A stretch of 64,000 bases of DNA, from assembly GCA_000165425.1 (NCBI GenBank), contig CT867998.1, positions 1 to 64,000 on the forward strand, in the 5' to 3' direction. The notes below the pieces were generated by a model. The model was not told where the DNA came from. It was given only the letters and a program-made list of their open reading frames with translations, and ran no database searches. This document shows, piece by piece, positions 25,597 through 39,150 of this stretch. Within the stretch, counting starts at the first letter, position 1; every line of letters starts with the position of its first letter. The DNA is from Paramecium tetraurelia. Its lineage: Eukaryota. The position numbers were made by a program, and so were the translations under genes.

Positions 25597-28121
25597 TCAT
25601 TGGACTAGCAGAACAATGGCAAATATCAAAAAAGACCAGATGAGACTATTACTGCTTTCACATGACATTTATCCAATACTTCCACAATCTGGCTTATTAT
25701 ATGCTTTAGCTTCTTCAGGGGTTGGGCATGAAGAATTGGCATCCTTCTTTATGCATTCTAATGTTGTTGAACCAACAGCTTTGGCAGAAGAAACCTCAGC
25801 ACCATCAGTTGAAGTTGTAGTAGCATCTTCTAAAAATCTGAATCTACGGGTTGAATTTGGATCTTCAAGTTTACCATTGACTGAGAATTCAACATTATTA
25901 GCGAGGATATCAACATTTAGAGTATAAATAGTTTATCCAGGTTATTTTTGCTACGAAGTTGGCTTCAATTTTTTATTAACTCCATCTCCTGTTATAGTAA
26001 CATCAGCATCTCCAACTTTCCATTTCTCAAATCCGGATTATTTGACTCTTTAAACAACATAGAAATTTTAACCAGCATAAACTTATGGCTATTCAACAAG
26101 AGTTGAACAGGTTTAGTCACTACAAAATCCTACTTCAGTTTCTGCTCTAGAAACACAATTATCTTCAGTTGCACAAGCAGGAGTATCATCTTACGCTTCA
26201 GATGTGGCTTGGGCTGTTAAGACACTTCCATTTAAGTCAACTGCTACAAAGAATGTGAAGAAAAATTAAACTAATTTCTTCTCCTAGATTGTTAGTTTGA
26301 CTGAATAGTAACCAGTATAAACAATCTTATCGGATTATTCATCTTTGAATAACTTGTTATCAATATCTGCATTCAAGATTGTAAATTCCCAAATTCTTAA
26401 TTTTTTATCATCATCATAACTGCTTGTAACTGTTGAATCATCTAATGTTTCACTTAAGAAACTTGGTCTATATCTGTAAATTTATCTATCTATGCAGGCA
26501 TTGGCATTTCCGTCTGATTTAACAAGTGGTTTGTCTTTGTTATCAGGGAATGCCAATTAAACAACAACATCTTTATTATCATTGAAGTCAGCTTTCCCAT
26601 CGAATTTCATTGGAAGCATCCTCTTTCCACCCTCCTATTTGCTTTGAACTTTATCCAAGTTTTCACAGGTTTAAGCAATGCATCTGTCTTTGAACACTAT
26701 TTCGTTATCAGCACAAGTCACTTCAACTTCAACACATTGTTGTTACTATTCTGCATCTTGAGTCCATTATCCTTTTGATTAAGGAGGACCTTAAGGTTTT
26801 TATCCTTAGCCTTGTCCCTAACCTTAGCCTTGTCCTTGACCTTAGCCTTGTCCTTGACCTTGTCCTTAGCCTTGTCCTTGACCTTGTCCTTATCCTTGTC
26901 CCATTTATCCTTATCCTTGTCCCATTTATCCTTATCCTTAGCCCATTTATCCTTATCCTTGTCCCATTTATCCTTATCCTTAGCCCATTTATCCTTATCC
27001 TTGTCCCATTTATCCTTATCCTTAGCCCATTTATCCTTATCCTTGTCCCATTTATCCTTATCCTTAGCCCATTTATCCTTATCCTTGTCCCATTTATCCT
27101 TATCCTTAGCCCATTTATCCTTAACCCTATCCTGTTTATCCTTATCCAAATTGTCCTTGTCCTTATCCCATTTATCCTTATTATTAACCAGTTTATCCCA
27201 TTTATCCTTATTGTTAACCTGCTTATCCTATTTATCCTTATTATTGTCCAGGAGATTATCCTCCTTACTATTAAGAACCAGTTGGTTTTTAAATTCCCCC
27301 TTGTTATTAGGCGCCTCCTGGTTACTAAACTCCACCTTATTATTAAGGTCCCCCTGACTATTAAGTACTACCTTATTATGTGGTTCCACCTGGCTATTAA
27401 GTACTGCCTGCCTATTAAGTGCTTCCTGGCTATTATGCTCCTCCTGGATTTTAAAATCCACCCTATTGTTAGCCTCCTCCTGGTTATTAGGTTCCTCCAG
27501 GTTATTAAAATCCACCTTGTTATTAAGAACCTCCTGGTTATTAAGCTCCCCCTGGTTATTAAAATCCGCCTGGTTGTTAGGTTCCTCCAGGAAATTATCC
27601 TGCAGGTTATTATTAGTTTGTTTATTAAACTTATTAACCAGGAATCTGATTCCCAGGCAAAGTTTATTAACTAGGTTACTATTATTATCCTTATTACTGT
27701 TGTCCCTATTATTGTTGTCCTTATTATTATCCCTATTGTGCTTGTGTTGGTTAACATTTCTTCGCCTTCCCTCCAGTCTATGGACCACCTTATTGTCCAC
27801 CTTATTATCCACCTTATTATCCACCTTATTATCCGCCTTATTGTCCACCTTATTGCATACCTCCTTGTGGTATTCCACCTGATTGTTATCCTCCTGGCTA
27901 TTGACCACCTAAAAATATTATATATTATTAGTTACCAGCAGTATTTTATTATCCTTGTGAACCAGTCGGGGCACCTTATGTTGGGCCGGAGCTTCCAGAG
28001 ACAGCTAAAATGCAGTAGATTTAAAGATCTTACGTTATCCAGGCTAAGAGGCACCTTAAGATAGTTGGGTGAACACTGAAGAGATGATGCAAAAAAGAAG
28101 TAAAATTTTTACGATCCTCAT
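25597..28121 (-). CDS. Secreted, probably GPI-anchored protein with a long Gln/Gly/Pro repeat region and a Cys-containing C-terminal domain
   Basis: Signal-like MRIVKILLLFCIISSVFT and two short introns. Repeats QQGG, QQPGG, GQMGQGQ and GQ, then ~370 aa of globular sequence containing RRFRFLE. Hydrophobic end SSNSLIWSFLIFAIVLLVQ-TGA with no cytosolic tail. Confidence 0.85.
26888..27122 (-). repeat. Coding tandem repeat: 11 x 21 bp (GQMGQGQ) with 42-bp higher-order alternation
   Basis: ccattt recurs every 21 nt from 26901 to 27111. Units alternate ccttgtcccatttatccttat and ccttagcccatttatccttat. Confidence 0.92.
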
Positions 28122-30020
28122 TTAAAGTAAATAAATTATGTATTTTTTATTCCTAATTAATAGGTTATATACTTGTAAATATTCAATTTATTTATTGGAA
28201 TGTAATTATAAAAAATCTAATCCAAAGATACAATTGTTGTATTTTAATTAAAGGTAATAGCAGCTTTATGCCGTTATAGATACGAAGAATTAGTAATAAA
28301 AAGAATAGTCAAAAATAGAAAACAATATTTTATATGACTTTTCATTTCAGTTAGATGATGGACAATTATGACCCCATAAAAAAATTTCACTAGTAAAAAA
28401 TTTAATAGGCTTCAGTTAAAAGAGCTAAAAATTTGATATTGGGTTGAAGCCAAATGTATAATGTGAAGTAATTGTTTTCCTTTTAAAAAATAATTTTAAA
28501 TTATGCTAAATAAAATTGAGAAAAAAGTTGTGAGTAAAAAATAGATTTCATAACCCAGTCAGTATGTTAATTCAATTATTTCGTATCTAATAGAATTAAT
28601 TAGAAGATCAATGATAAAAATGAAAAGATTTTTGTTAGTCAACACATATCATAATCAATTGATTAAATGAGTTTTATATTTGATTTCAATGATATGTCAA
28701 TCACTTTTAGGAGAGTCATGTCTCTGACGTTTTTTTCATCAATATTTATAGCGTTTCATATTTGATTTCTATTCTTAATTGCTTGATTTTTAATTTTCTT
28801 ATTCTTATTTTTCGATTATTGTAGATACATAATCCGACTTAGTTCTGTAGTTGATGGCATAGAGTTATAGCATTTACTAATTTTAAATATTATTCCTTTT
28901 CCTCAAGTACATACATAAAAGAGTGGTCCTATTCAGATTTCTTTGGAGGTTATTTTCTTTCATTCTTGAAATTTTATCCTTAATTTTTCAAAAGTTAACT
29001 TAATCCCTTTTAAACTACGACACTATTAATAAAGATTCTAAATTAAATTTGAAAATACTTTCACAAATTAAATATATCAGCCCTTCTCAATTCCTGAATG
29101 ATTTTATTTGGGGCTATGCCTTCAGAAAAGTGTTGTTTAATTAATAATTTGTAAAATATAGAATTTTATTAAATCTCACGCCTTGTCTGCATAGTTTTTC
29201 AAGTGTAATTAAATAACATGACACCATTTGAACAATTTGGATCATTAGAAAATCAATTCGCCAAAACCCTTATACTAGTTTAATTATTAAAAAAGGTGGT
29301 CAACAAGAGATTCTTCAAAGTTAAATTAAGGACAAGAATTTAACACTCTTGATATCATTACATATTTTTAAAAAACTTAAAATTTGTATTGATACTACAT
29401 TCTAAAAGCAAATACAATTAAGTATTTCCAAGTTTTCCTGCGTATGGATAAGGTTCCTTGCTAAAGTAAATTAGCCTTTCTCATGTATTTCTCTTTTATA
29501 TTCAAACATGCCATAGACAAAAAATATGGCAAAACTTCCAATTAGAAATGACTGATAAATTCCTCATTGTATATTTCCATACAATCCTCGCCAAACTAAC
29601 AGGTATAGGGTAAAATCGAGTTACTCTAGCAGCTTGAAGCATCATTATTGGATCTGTTTGGGGATCTTTGAGAAAAGAAGAATGAGAATATTCTTTAAAA
29701 CTGAAAAATCTCTCTATGAAAGTTATTGTCTAATTTCTTAAGTTTTACCGTAATTACAAAAGCGATGAGTCATCTTTAATAAATAATACAAACTGTCATT
29801 ATTATAAAATGTAATAAATGAATAAAATTGTATATTTCCATTCTAGAATTCTTTATATTCTGGAGTATTACTATTCTGAGTCAAGAATAATAATAAAATT
29901 TACTTGTTTTTAATCAAGTTTTAATATTTTTTGTGATGTCATTTAATTTATGATAGGATATCTTTAGATAAGAATTGAATTAGGGCTCGATTAAATAATT
30001 AAAGTAAGAATAATAAATTC

Positions 30021-31400
30021 ATGAATAACGAGCTTTTGCAATTGTAATTGATTTTATTATCTTCTTCTGTGATCACTCTATTTTATATTTACGACCGAGA
30101 ATTGAATAAACAAAAGATTTCAATCCTGTTCTCTATTTGCAATATCAGCATCTTTATGATTGAGACCAGGATCATTGGAAATTCTTAGTGTAATTATAAT
30201 CTACAACAATTATTAGATTTTACAATAGCAGCAGCGTTCTTTCTGATATTTAAATATTATATCAAGAAGCAAGACGACAGCCACATCCCCCAGATAAATA
30301 TTTTGAATTCATAAGTTCAAAACAACACAGGAAAATAGGATCAAGAAATGGAACAATACCCTCAATAACTACCAGCCATTCAATCAATATATGAGTGTAA
30401 CTAGAACATCACACCCAAGCAGATTCCGAATTCTAATGAAATCAATATTGGACGCTAAGTTACTACCGAGAGGAGTAAATAACCTATTAAACAGGAGTCT
30501 CTAATGGGTTTCTTGGGGGACAAAAGATAGTCCTATGCCAAGAACAGCATAAGCGGATTTCCTTAGAGACAATAGACCAACCAGCTAAACCAAGGTAAGA
30601 ATATAAAAATCTATAAAGTGAACTTCAATGTGATTAAGTTTCAAGATGATTGTGGAGAGATCAAATTCGGTCTTCTCAAGACCTTGAAATCAATTAATTT
30701 TGATTAGCTAGGCAAGGAGATTGAAATCATTTATTAAAATGACAAAACCTTGACGAGATTATTATCGAATATTGAAAAAAAAAGTGGGCCTAGAATGCAG
30801 ATTCTTTATGAAAGTTAATAAGCACCAAATCCTGTCATTAATGAGAATTTAAGAGGTGGTATATAATTTGATTATAGTAATAATAATGACGCAATTTAAA
30901 TTGATGAATAAAAGAAGGTAACATGGAAGAAGATTTTTTAAGTATTAACCTGTTAGATGATTTTAACTTGTAATTTGCTAATTCTAGAATAATGGCAAAT
31001 AAGATAAACTGCATTATTTGCTTTCATTGGTTTAAGATATATATTTGTCTTCTCAAAATTAAAAATAAAGTAATTAGAATTCTCCTTTGAATTCAGGCAG
31101 ATTTTAATATGGAGTTCCCTAGTAGTTTTACCTTTGGTTACTTTATTTTTTTTAAACTTCATAAACCAGAATATCGCAACTTAAATAACTTCCGTTGCCC
31201 AGTTGATCTCAATCATGATTACACTGAAATATTGCAATTCATTATAAGAGTAATTAATATCATTATATTATTTAGACATTTGTATTCAGTATCTTTTTAC
31301 ATACTGTTGTTGGCCACAATTCTTTGTTTTATTTGAAGCGTTACCATTTTATGATATAATTATTTAAGTTTTATTAAAAATTTATTTTATTTTATAATTA
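30021..31400 (+). CDS. Membrane protein with a possible degenerate ubiquitin-like segment; may be decaying, boundaries uncertain
   Basis: Long TGA-free frame from ATG 30021 with N-terminal hydrophobic helices, then LKSINFDQLGKEIEIIYQNDKTL..ENLRGG, then further hydrophobic segments. The 3' end is not resolved. Confidence 0.4.
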
Positions 31401-32163
31401 AATCTCTTTAGATATTTATAATTTTATAAAATGAATTTGCAAATATTTTCTTCTATTTTGATCATGAAGAACCAAACTATTCAGTCTCAAAGTTAACCCT
31501 AGACTCTTAAAACAATCAAGCAAATATAGTATACCTTATTGTGCATTTTTATTCATAAATTAATTATGTTGAAAGTCAAAGATTAGATTTCAAGAAATAT
31601 TTAAAGGTTGATGTTAATTTAGAATATAGGGTATTATAAATAGCTTCTGGGCTTGCCTCCTATAGATAATTAAATTTCCAAATGGCCTTCTAAATAGGAG
31701 ATCTATAAAAAGTATCATGGTATACTTTCGAGAGAATTATTAAATATTATTGAATTGAAAAAGTAAGGTGCTTGTTTGCTTGTGAATTTGAGTTTAATTA
31801 TGTATAAGTTCCACAAAAACCTTAATTAAATCTGTCATTCTGAGTTGTGTGAAGATGCTAGGATGAAAAACATTTTCATTGTTAACTACACTAAGGAATT
31901 GTGCCTGAAGATATTTGATATACCCTAAATATGAATAAATATGTCAGGTAATAACTATTTATATAAGGATATTTAACCTTAAGCTCTCCTATAATAGACA
32001 TTCAGCATTTTAAATTGATTGAAACTTTGATTAAATATTTCCAAGTGGTCTTCAATCTAATTGGTGTGATGTAAAGTTAAGATTGACCTTGTTAATTAAC
32101 CTTATAATATTTTATGTTGAAAATCATTTTAATCAATTGTTTAAATTTGTATTTAAATCCAGA

Positions 32164-34004
32164 ATGTTTGATAAATCAAAGAAAATCCTAAATAGTTTGG
32201 GTAATTAAACCATAGACACTTGCGACATATATGGATAATTACCAAATTTTAGAGTGCTTGAAAAAGCGAGATATACTACTTTAGTTGGATGTTGTATGAC
32301 CTTCCTTATAGGGTCAGCTACCTTGATTTATTTAATAACTGAATTAATTACATTAATTGATCAAGCAGAGCCAAGTGTTGTGTAATCGGAGAAGCAAATA
32401 TTTAACTCAACAGTATTAGTTTTTGTTATAAAGTAATTTCCACTGTATAACGATAACTTTACATTAGCGATAACCATAGCAAATCAAAATTCGGAGCCAA
32501 TTGAAGGAAACTTGAAGTATTACAATATCACTGTGAATTAATGTGTGAGGATGAGAAATGTTAATTATAAAACAGGGAGTGTCAATGTTACATTGAAGTA
32601 TGAGTTGCTTAAAACTAGTTGTACAAGTCTTCCAATAGCACCATGTAAAAAGGAAGATTTCAATAATGAATTGCAACGCGACTTCTTTGAGAATACAAGA
32701 TTAGGCGTAGTTTAGTGTTTAGATCGAGAATATTTATAAAGAAACCCGCCAGTATATTTGCTTTCATTAGATTTTAGGTTTTACAGGGACAAATATCTGG
32801 ATCTTTGTACTAGTACTTGGTAATTCAATTAAGTGTTTGCAAAAATAGCACAGAATATTAAGGTTGTGCACCCAAAGAAGAAATATATAAAGTTTTATCA
32901 GCAGGTCATTATTCTGTATATGCCAGTGATTATTTGATGCAATTGAATAATCCAGGCCAACCTTATTCCCAATTAATTAATTTGGATATTAACAGCTTTT
33001 CAATCACCACCTCTAAAATGTTGTAGTGGACTTATAGAATAGTGGAAACTCACACAGATGATGGTTTGCTTCTCTCAACGGATAGGGTAGACTTAAATCT
33101 GGTTAAACAAGATAGGAGAGAATATTCAGAGTTGTACAATGACAATTATTTAGTGTATCATTATATTCAACTGGATTATAAGAAGATCATATATCGTAGG
33201 ACCTATATCAAATTACAGACTATATTAAGTAAAATCGGCGGTATTTGGTAATTCTTTGTGATACTAACCGCCATAATCTTGAATCCTTTGATCAACAATC
33301 TGATGACAATCTCAATTGCTAACGAGTTATATCGATTTCCAAAGACTCAAAATTCTAAACATTCACATCAAAAAATCAATTTAAACAATCAAACAAAGGA
33401 CGATCCTATCTTTGATGACCCATTATCTATGATAGGATAGGATCAGCTGCCTAAGAAAGAGGAGAGACTATCTAAAAATCTATATGAATCTTTCTTCATT
33501 TTACTTGGATGCAATAAAAAGAAAGGAGAAATGTTTACAAAAGTGAAACAGGAAATCTTGAGACAATTGGATATTGTCAAGATAATAGAGAAATTACATT
33601 AGATAGACATGCTTAGATTAGTACTCCTAAATGAAGAATAAAATAATTTATTTGATTTACTTCCTAAACCTCTACTGCAAATTGGATAAGAAAATCCTGA
33701 CAATTTAGCTGATGAATTCTTCTAAGAGATGGAATTACAAAAGAGTTTTAGAATGATTAAAAATAAAAAACTTCAGACTAAACTTAAAGATTATTACTCT
33801 TCATTCTCCTCCTTACAACAAGATAGACACAAAAGCATAATAGATGATAAATTATTGCATATGATCGACAAGAACATAGTGCAGTTTTTTGAGTAGATCC
33901 AAAGCTCCCAGTAGCGCAATCTTAATCTAAGTCCAGTTGATCCTCTATTCAGATCCAAGAACGAAGAGTCCATAATGGAACCTTAAATTCAAAAACCCAA
34001 GTGA
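32164..34004 (+). CDS. Ciliate-expanded two-TM membrane protein with a large ectodomain (DxxG...TM1...RxYxK..IGG-TM2)
   Basis: CDIYG..YTTLVGCCMTFLIG (TM1), Cys-containing loop, RRTYIKLQTILSKIGGIW (TM2), ANELYRF, then LDIVKIIEKLHQIDMLRLVLL..LFDLLPKP. Short introns present. Confidence 0.82.
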
Positions 34005-34639
34005 TATATTTAAATGTTATCTATTCAAATGACAATTAGGTCAACTAAACCTAAAGAAAATCTCTTTCTTTCTATACTTTAGTCGAACGATTGGCCCATC
34101 ATAACTTGAATCCAAATAATTTCACACCAACTTAATGCCCCTATTATTCCAAGGAATCCATAGGATATAGAGCTGAAATCTTACTCATATTGACGATTTT
34201 ACTTACAATGATCATTAATTTTTGGTTTTAATTAAAATTTAGAGCAGAATAATTTTTGAAATATTTTGAGAATTAAGTTTTTAGAGAATATTATTTTATT
34301 TTATTAATAATATCATGTATGATAAATAATTGTCTGAAATAAACTAAAATTGGAGGATTTCTAATAATATTATTAATTATTAATTGGAATCGTCAACATA
34401 CGCATTCAGAATGAATCCATTATTATTCTACCTATAATTTAATAATAATATATAAAAGATTGAAAAATTGACATAATATTATTACTATAATTATGTAAAA
34501 ATAATGCCGTATATGTAACAAGAAACATAAGTTAAACTTGAAAGGGATCTTATCATACCCTAAGCACTTGTTATTTGGAACGATACCTAATTATTTTCGG
34601 AGAGTGACTTAAAAATTGAATGAAAAATAAACTTAGCAG

Positions 34640-34780
34640 GTTAGCTTATCAGATACTCACATTTGCTACATAATAAACTAGGACATATGTGGCGAATGTT
34701 GGACATTCATGTATTAAGGATTTTAATGTCAAAAATGCAACACCTATAACTATCATTGCACATAAGAGATAAAAATATGT
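34640..34780 (+). pseudogene. Possible PP2C phosphatase remnant
   Basis: TYVANVGHS...PITIIAHK at ~34683-34766 resembles PP2C lyvANvGDSR...lt.dHk. The catalytic Asp is lost and there is no intact ORF around it. Confidence 0.3.
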
Positions 34781-35877
34781 TTCCTATGCAATGTTGTTTA
34801 TTGTTAGAACTGCTTTAGAAGAGTTGATTTATTTTCATAGAATGGACTATGCACGTTTTGCTAATTCCATTAGTCATAAAGTGCTAATTCAATGCGATAG
34901 TTGTTATCGTTGTTTTTTGCTTTTATGTTTCCTTGCCTAGCCTTCAAGTATCTAGTAAGCAAATTAGTTAAAACATTTGAAACTATTTAGTATACACAAT
35001 CTTAGAAAATAATTTGTGTGTCATCATTTGTGATCATGTTTCCTTTAATCTACTGCATATGTTTAATCGGATTCGCTATTATGCTAATTGCTAAGGTTAT
35101 TAAATCAATAATACTACTTTTGAAAAAAAATTATATATAGAAAAGAGTTGCGGAATGATATATGGTATATAAATTTATTATTAATTGTTTTGCTTGTGTA
35201 ATTAAATCTATCGCAATTATTATCATTATTATTTATTGATTGACGTATTAATGTATTATAAAATCTTTAATATTTGGATGCAAAAAAAAATTAAGTAGAT
35301 TAATTTTTGATTAATTGACAAATTGACAAAATTTATTTTTAATAATAACACCATATTTAATTATGTTTTAAGGATATAATTGTGGTTTATTATAACGTAT
35401 AGTTAGTCTCATTCATTTAGGATAAATTTAACTTTTGATAATAAATCTAACGACATTAATTTTATTCAAAAAAGAAGTGGATTTATTGATTATAGAATTA
35501 TATAGATGAAAGAGAAATTTCATTAATTTAAGGATCTGTATTAGATGAATTTTGAAATTAAATTAAATATACTCCATTTTAAATTGAAAATTTGAGTATT
35601 TCATTTAAAAAAGGAGAGAATGTCTAAAAAGTTATAATAGCTAAGCAATTGGATCTTGTTTGATATTGATATCCAGTTAAGCAAGTACGAATCTATACTA
35701 AAAATCATTTAATATATTATAAATTCAATTTCCTTATTTAAGGTTGGAGAGTTAAATTAATAATTTAGAGCTTTCTTCTTGCTTGAATGAATTTTATGAG
35801 ATGGCAATTGCTCATTATTTAATGTATTGAGTTTTTGAGAGATAATTATTATAATTTATTATTAAATATTTAATTTT

Positions 35878-36282
35878 ATGTCTGGCAAGGAAGACGAATA
35901 TGAGAAGTTGCTGTCTGAGTAAAATCTGAAGGATAGATTGGAGGCTCCATAAACGGAGACTGCGAGATAAAGGAAATGGCGAATAGTGAAAAGAAAGTTT
36001 GCAGAAGTTCAAGTGTATGCAAAGTAAGGTTTCATAATGGGATCACTGGTTGGAGGAGGGTTCGGATTAGTTACTGGATTGTGGGCAGCAGTTTAATACA
36101 AAAAATTATCGATGATTCCAATATCAGTAATAGTGAGTGGGGGAAGTTTTGGTTTTATCATGGCTTGTGGTAGTATGATTCGAAGTGACGGGCTTGTGGC
36201 TGGTGAATACTAGTAGCATTTCAGACTGAATGATTAGGAAGTGCCAATACAGTAGTTCTGGTTGAATAGAAGGTTTGAATGA
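35878..36282 (+). CDS. ROMO1: ROMO1/Mgr2-family mitochondrial inner-membrane protein (134 aa)
   Basis: KQGFIMGSLVGGGFGLVTG...SGGSFGFIMACGSMIR is the Romo1/Mgr2 signature. Intronless, 405 nt. Confidence 0.85.
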
Positions 36283-36556
36283 ATTATGATAAATTGTTTT
36301 ATTCAATTTGATCATTTGAAGACTGTTATTAATAATAAGGAATTATTATTTTCCAATTTCTCCGTGATGGTATATCTAATTTCTTGGCGATATTATTACA
36401 TTGACCTAAAATTTTGACAATAGGAGGTGGCAAACTAATTTACGGTTGCTTGGGAATAGGTAGTCGCAAAGAGAGGACAAGGACAAGATGTTGAGATTCT
36501 ATATAATTAAGAAAATTTCTATATTATTTTAAATGCAGTACAATGAATAGATCATG

Positions 36557-37183
36557 TCAGCAAAAGTTTCTGATGATTGATTTGATTCCTGTAAAGATCA
36601 GTTAGAGGATTGCGTAGGGGAATAGAAGAGGAAACAGCAAAATGAAGAGGAGGAGAGCAGTACAAAATCTATTCTTACAAAAATCATATTGGTGGATTGG
36701 GTCGAAGAATTTGGTCACCAAGTAATTGAAGGCTAGGTAGGGCAAAAGCAATCCAACAAATAGGATCATTACGATGTAGGCTATTCTGTAGTAGAGAAAT
36801 TCCTATTTCTAACAAGAGTAACAAATGCCTTTGGAGGTTGAAAAGAGGTCAAGTAGAGATCCACAGTATAAACAGAGATTGGATTGACAGAAATTGCAAT
36901 GCTTTATTGGTCCATTCTATACGAAGTTATAGACTTGGCATTTCTAACAAGTGAAACCTTATTGAATGAGTTGCCAACATAATTCGCAAATGTGTTTTTC
37001 GTTGTGAAACAGGATGAAGTGATCGATGAGTATGAGTTAGTGGTTGTGCAGTGTAATCAATTTCAACACTATTTGTTGGATATAAAAATTTTTGTATTGA
37101 GTCTTCAATTCTATAGGAAACAAGAATAGCGCCTATTTTAAGGTTCCAAGTGAGATTCCACATAAAGAACAGCAATGTTACAT
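36557..37183 (-). CDS. Cys-rich (IBR/RING-like CxxC) protein with two C-terminal TM helices (~208 aa)
   Basis: CSLC..ICELC..CQKC..HCNFCQSNLCLYC..ICYSC followed by two hydrophobic segments. 627 nt open frame. Confidence 0.7.
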
Positions 37184-37231
37184 GCTTAATATTATTAAAA
37201 ATATAATTGCTTAAATGTTTATGTGATTTAA

Positions 37232-39111
37232 TCACCTTTTTAATAGTCTTTTCTATAAAAGTTTCTCGTCCTTCGGTATTCTGCCAAACTTGTCTTGGAC
37301 CTACCAATCAAAAATCACTCCCGGGTTAGAGAGGAATTGCAAAGCGGCATCGTTGCCAACCGACACAGCCAAATGAGCAACAGTTCTGTTGTCCTCTGTT
37401 CTGTATTGGGTGAAATCTCTTTCACCAGCTTCGTAAAAGAGATTGAGCATCTCCTCCTTGCCATTCGCAACATCCTGCATCAAGAGTTGGGTTAACTCTT
37501 TAATTGGAGCAATCAATTTGCCTTGGAATCTCAAGAGCAACTAGATCATCTGCGTATTCTTGGCCATTACGGCTTCGTACATGGGACTATGTTTCCATCT
37601 ATCTACATTGTTAACAATCTATGAGCATTTCCTCAAAATGAGTTCAGCAATCTCCAACGATCCTTCCCTTGCAGCCACATGTAATATGCTTCTCTTGTCA
37701 TAGTCTTAAGCTTTATAATTGATTTCCTATTTTTAATATAGACCTTACAATCTTTGACAATTTCATCGAAGACAGTTTCCTCTTCTGAACACAAATCTGA
37801 CACAAGATATTTGGAAACACTAGATCTTTATTCAAATCTATCTTAGAGTGTTACTGTTTGATGGCTGATGACAAGGCCATCAAAAAGGGTTCAGTCTCAG
37901 CCGCACCGCCAGACTCGGTCAACTCCCCTCTGATATCCCTTTGGAATTCCTCCTCTATCTCATCAACGTCGTCAGTCTGGCCTAATAGATACCCCAGTTT
38001 GGTAAAGGCTGCTTATGATGTCATGTCTCCTCCGCTTATACTAAAGATGAATGAGATGAATATGATACACTCCCATGTTCTCAAATATGATGCCTGTCTC
38101 ATAGAGCATTTCGACTTAGGATGTATGACATTGGGAGATGTTGACTATGACTACTCCTCTTTTGGCTGCCTGAGCGATTTCATTACAAAACTTCTCCTCT
38201 GTTTACATATTGCCTGCTCCATATGTCTCTATCACGACTCCTTTCAACTTTTCGTTCTTGAATATCTCATTTAGAGTGACATGATTTAATAAGGGATTCA
38301 GACGTATCAAACTGATATTCGTGCAGAATTTCTTACTCACTTAGAGATTCTCTTCGTTGGGATTCTTTAGGATGATATCCCATTTAATGCTAATGTTCAC
38401 TCCGAAATATCCTAGAGGAGTGAATTTGGGAGAATCAAATGAATCCAAAGAGGAAGAATTCACTTTCTAAGCTCTATTCCCTCTCAACAATTTATCCTAA
38501 AAACATATTAATACTTCTGGGATGGTGAAATGTCCAGCTATGGTCAGGGCATTCAGAAAATTAGTAAACCCATCATTTCTCGGTTGTGATAAAGGAACTT
38601 GACTGCCTGTCAATATCACTGTTTTGGATAGGTTTTGGAACATGAAGGATAAGGCACTTGCAGTGTATGCCATTGTGTCTGTTCCATGCAGAATGATGAA
38701 GCTGTCATATTGTTTATAGGCTGTTTCGATCCTCTCTGCTATGGTTACCCAATCATCTGAATTCATGTTCGAAGAGTCAAGCAACTTCTCCAATTCCTCC
38801 ACTTTAAACCATATCCTTCGGTTAAAGGCGGTTATAGGAGTAATTAGAAAATCGTCAGTAGCCTTGAAGTAGGTGTAATCCATGTCACAAGAGAACGGGT
38901 TGTTTTAAAGGAAGTTTTTTAGAGCACCCGTTTTTGTGACATATCCTGTTTAAGATGGAAACATTGATATGGTTCCACCGGTATTCAAAATCAGCACCTT
39001 TCGAGGCTAGTCACTCAATTTCTCCTTGATGATATCATTATGGTTCTGCATATCAATCACCAAATGCGATTTTATTTTGGTCACATTTTGTGGATCGTCG
39101 TCGACATACAT
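37232..39111 (-). CDS. ASPG: Type I L-asparaginase / 60-kDa lysophospholipase with C-terminal ankyrin repeats
   Basis: LILNTGGTISM, HGTDTM, TGSQVP, RGNRA, ETYGAGN and GDMT motifs. Ankyrin-like LHVAAREG and RTVAHLAVS. Short introns. Confidence 0.93.
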
Positions 39112-39150
39112 TTTATAATAATTTATTAATATCGAGATAAACAAAAATAA

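Noticed and set aside
26888..27122. Regular 21-bp repeats as a CRISPR array
   Set aside because: There are no unique spacers, the repeats are in-frame coding units, and the context is eukaryotic.
26718..28064. Overlapping long ORFs in the track (DKWAK, LSLSL, ILILVPF and NNQE repeats)
   Set aside because: They are alternative-frame or antisense shadows of the Gln/Gly repeat gene, whose true frame is full of TAA = Gln.
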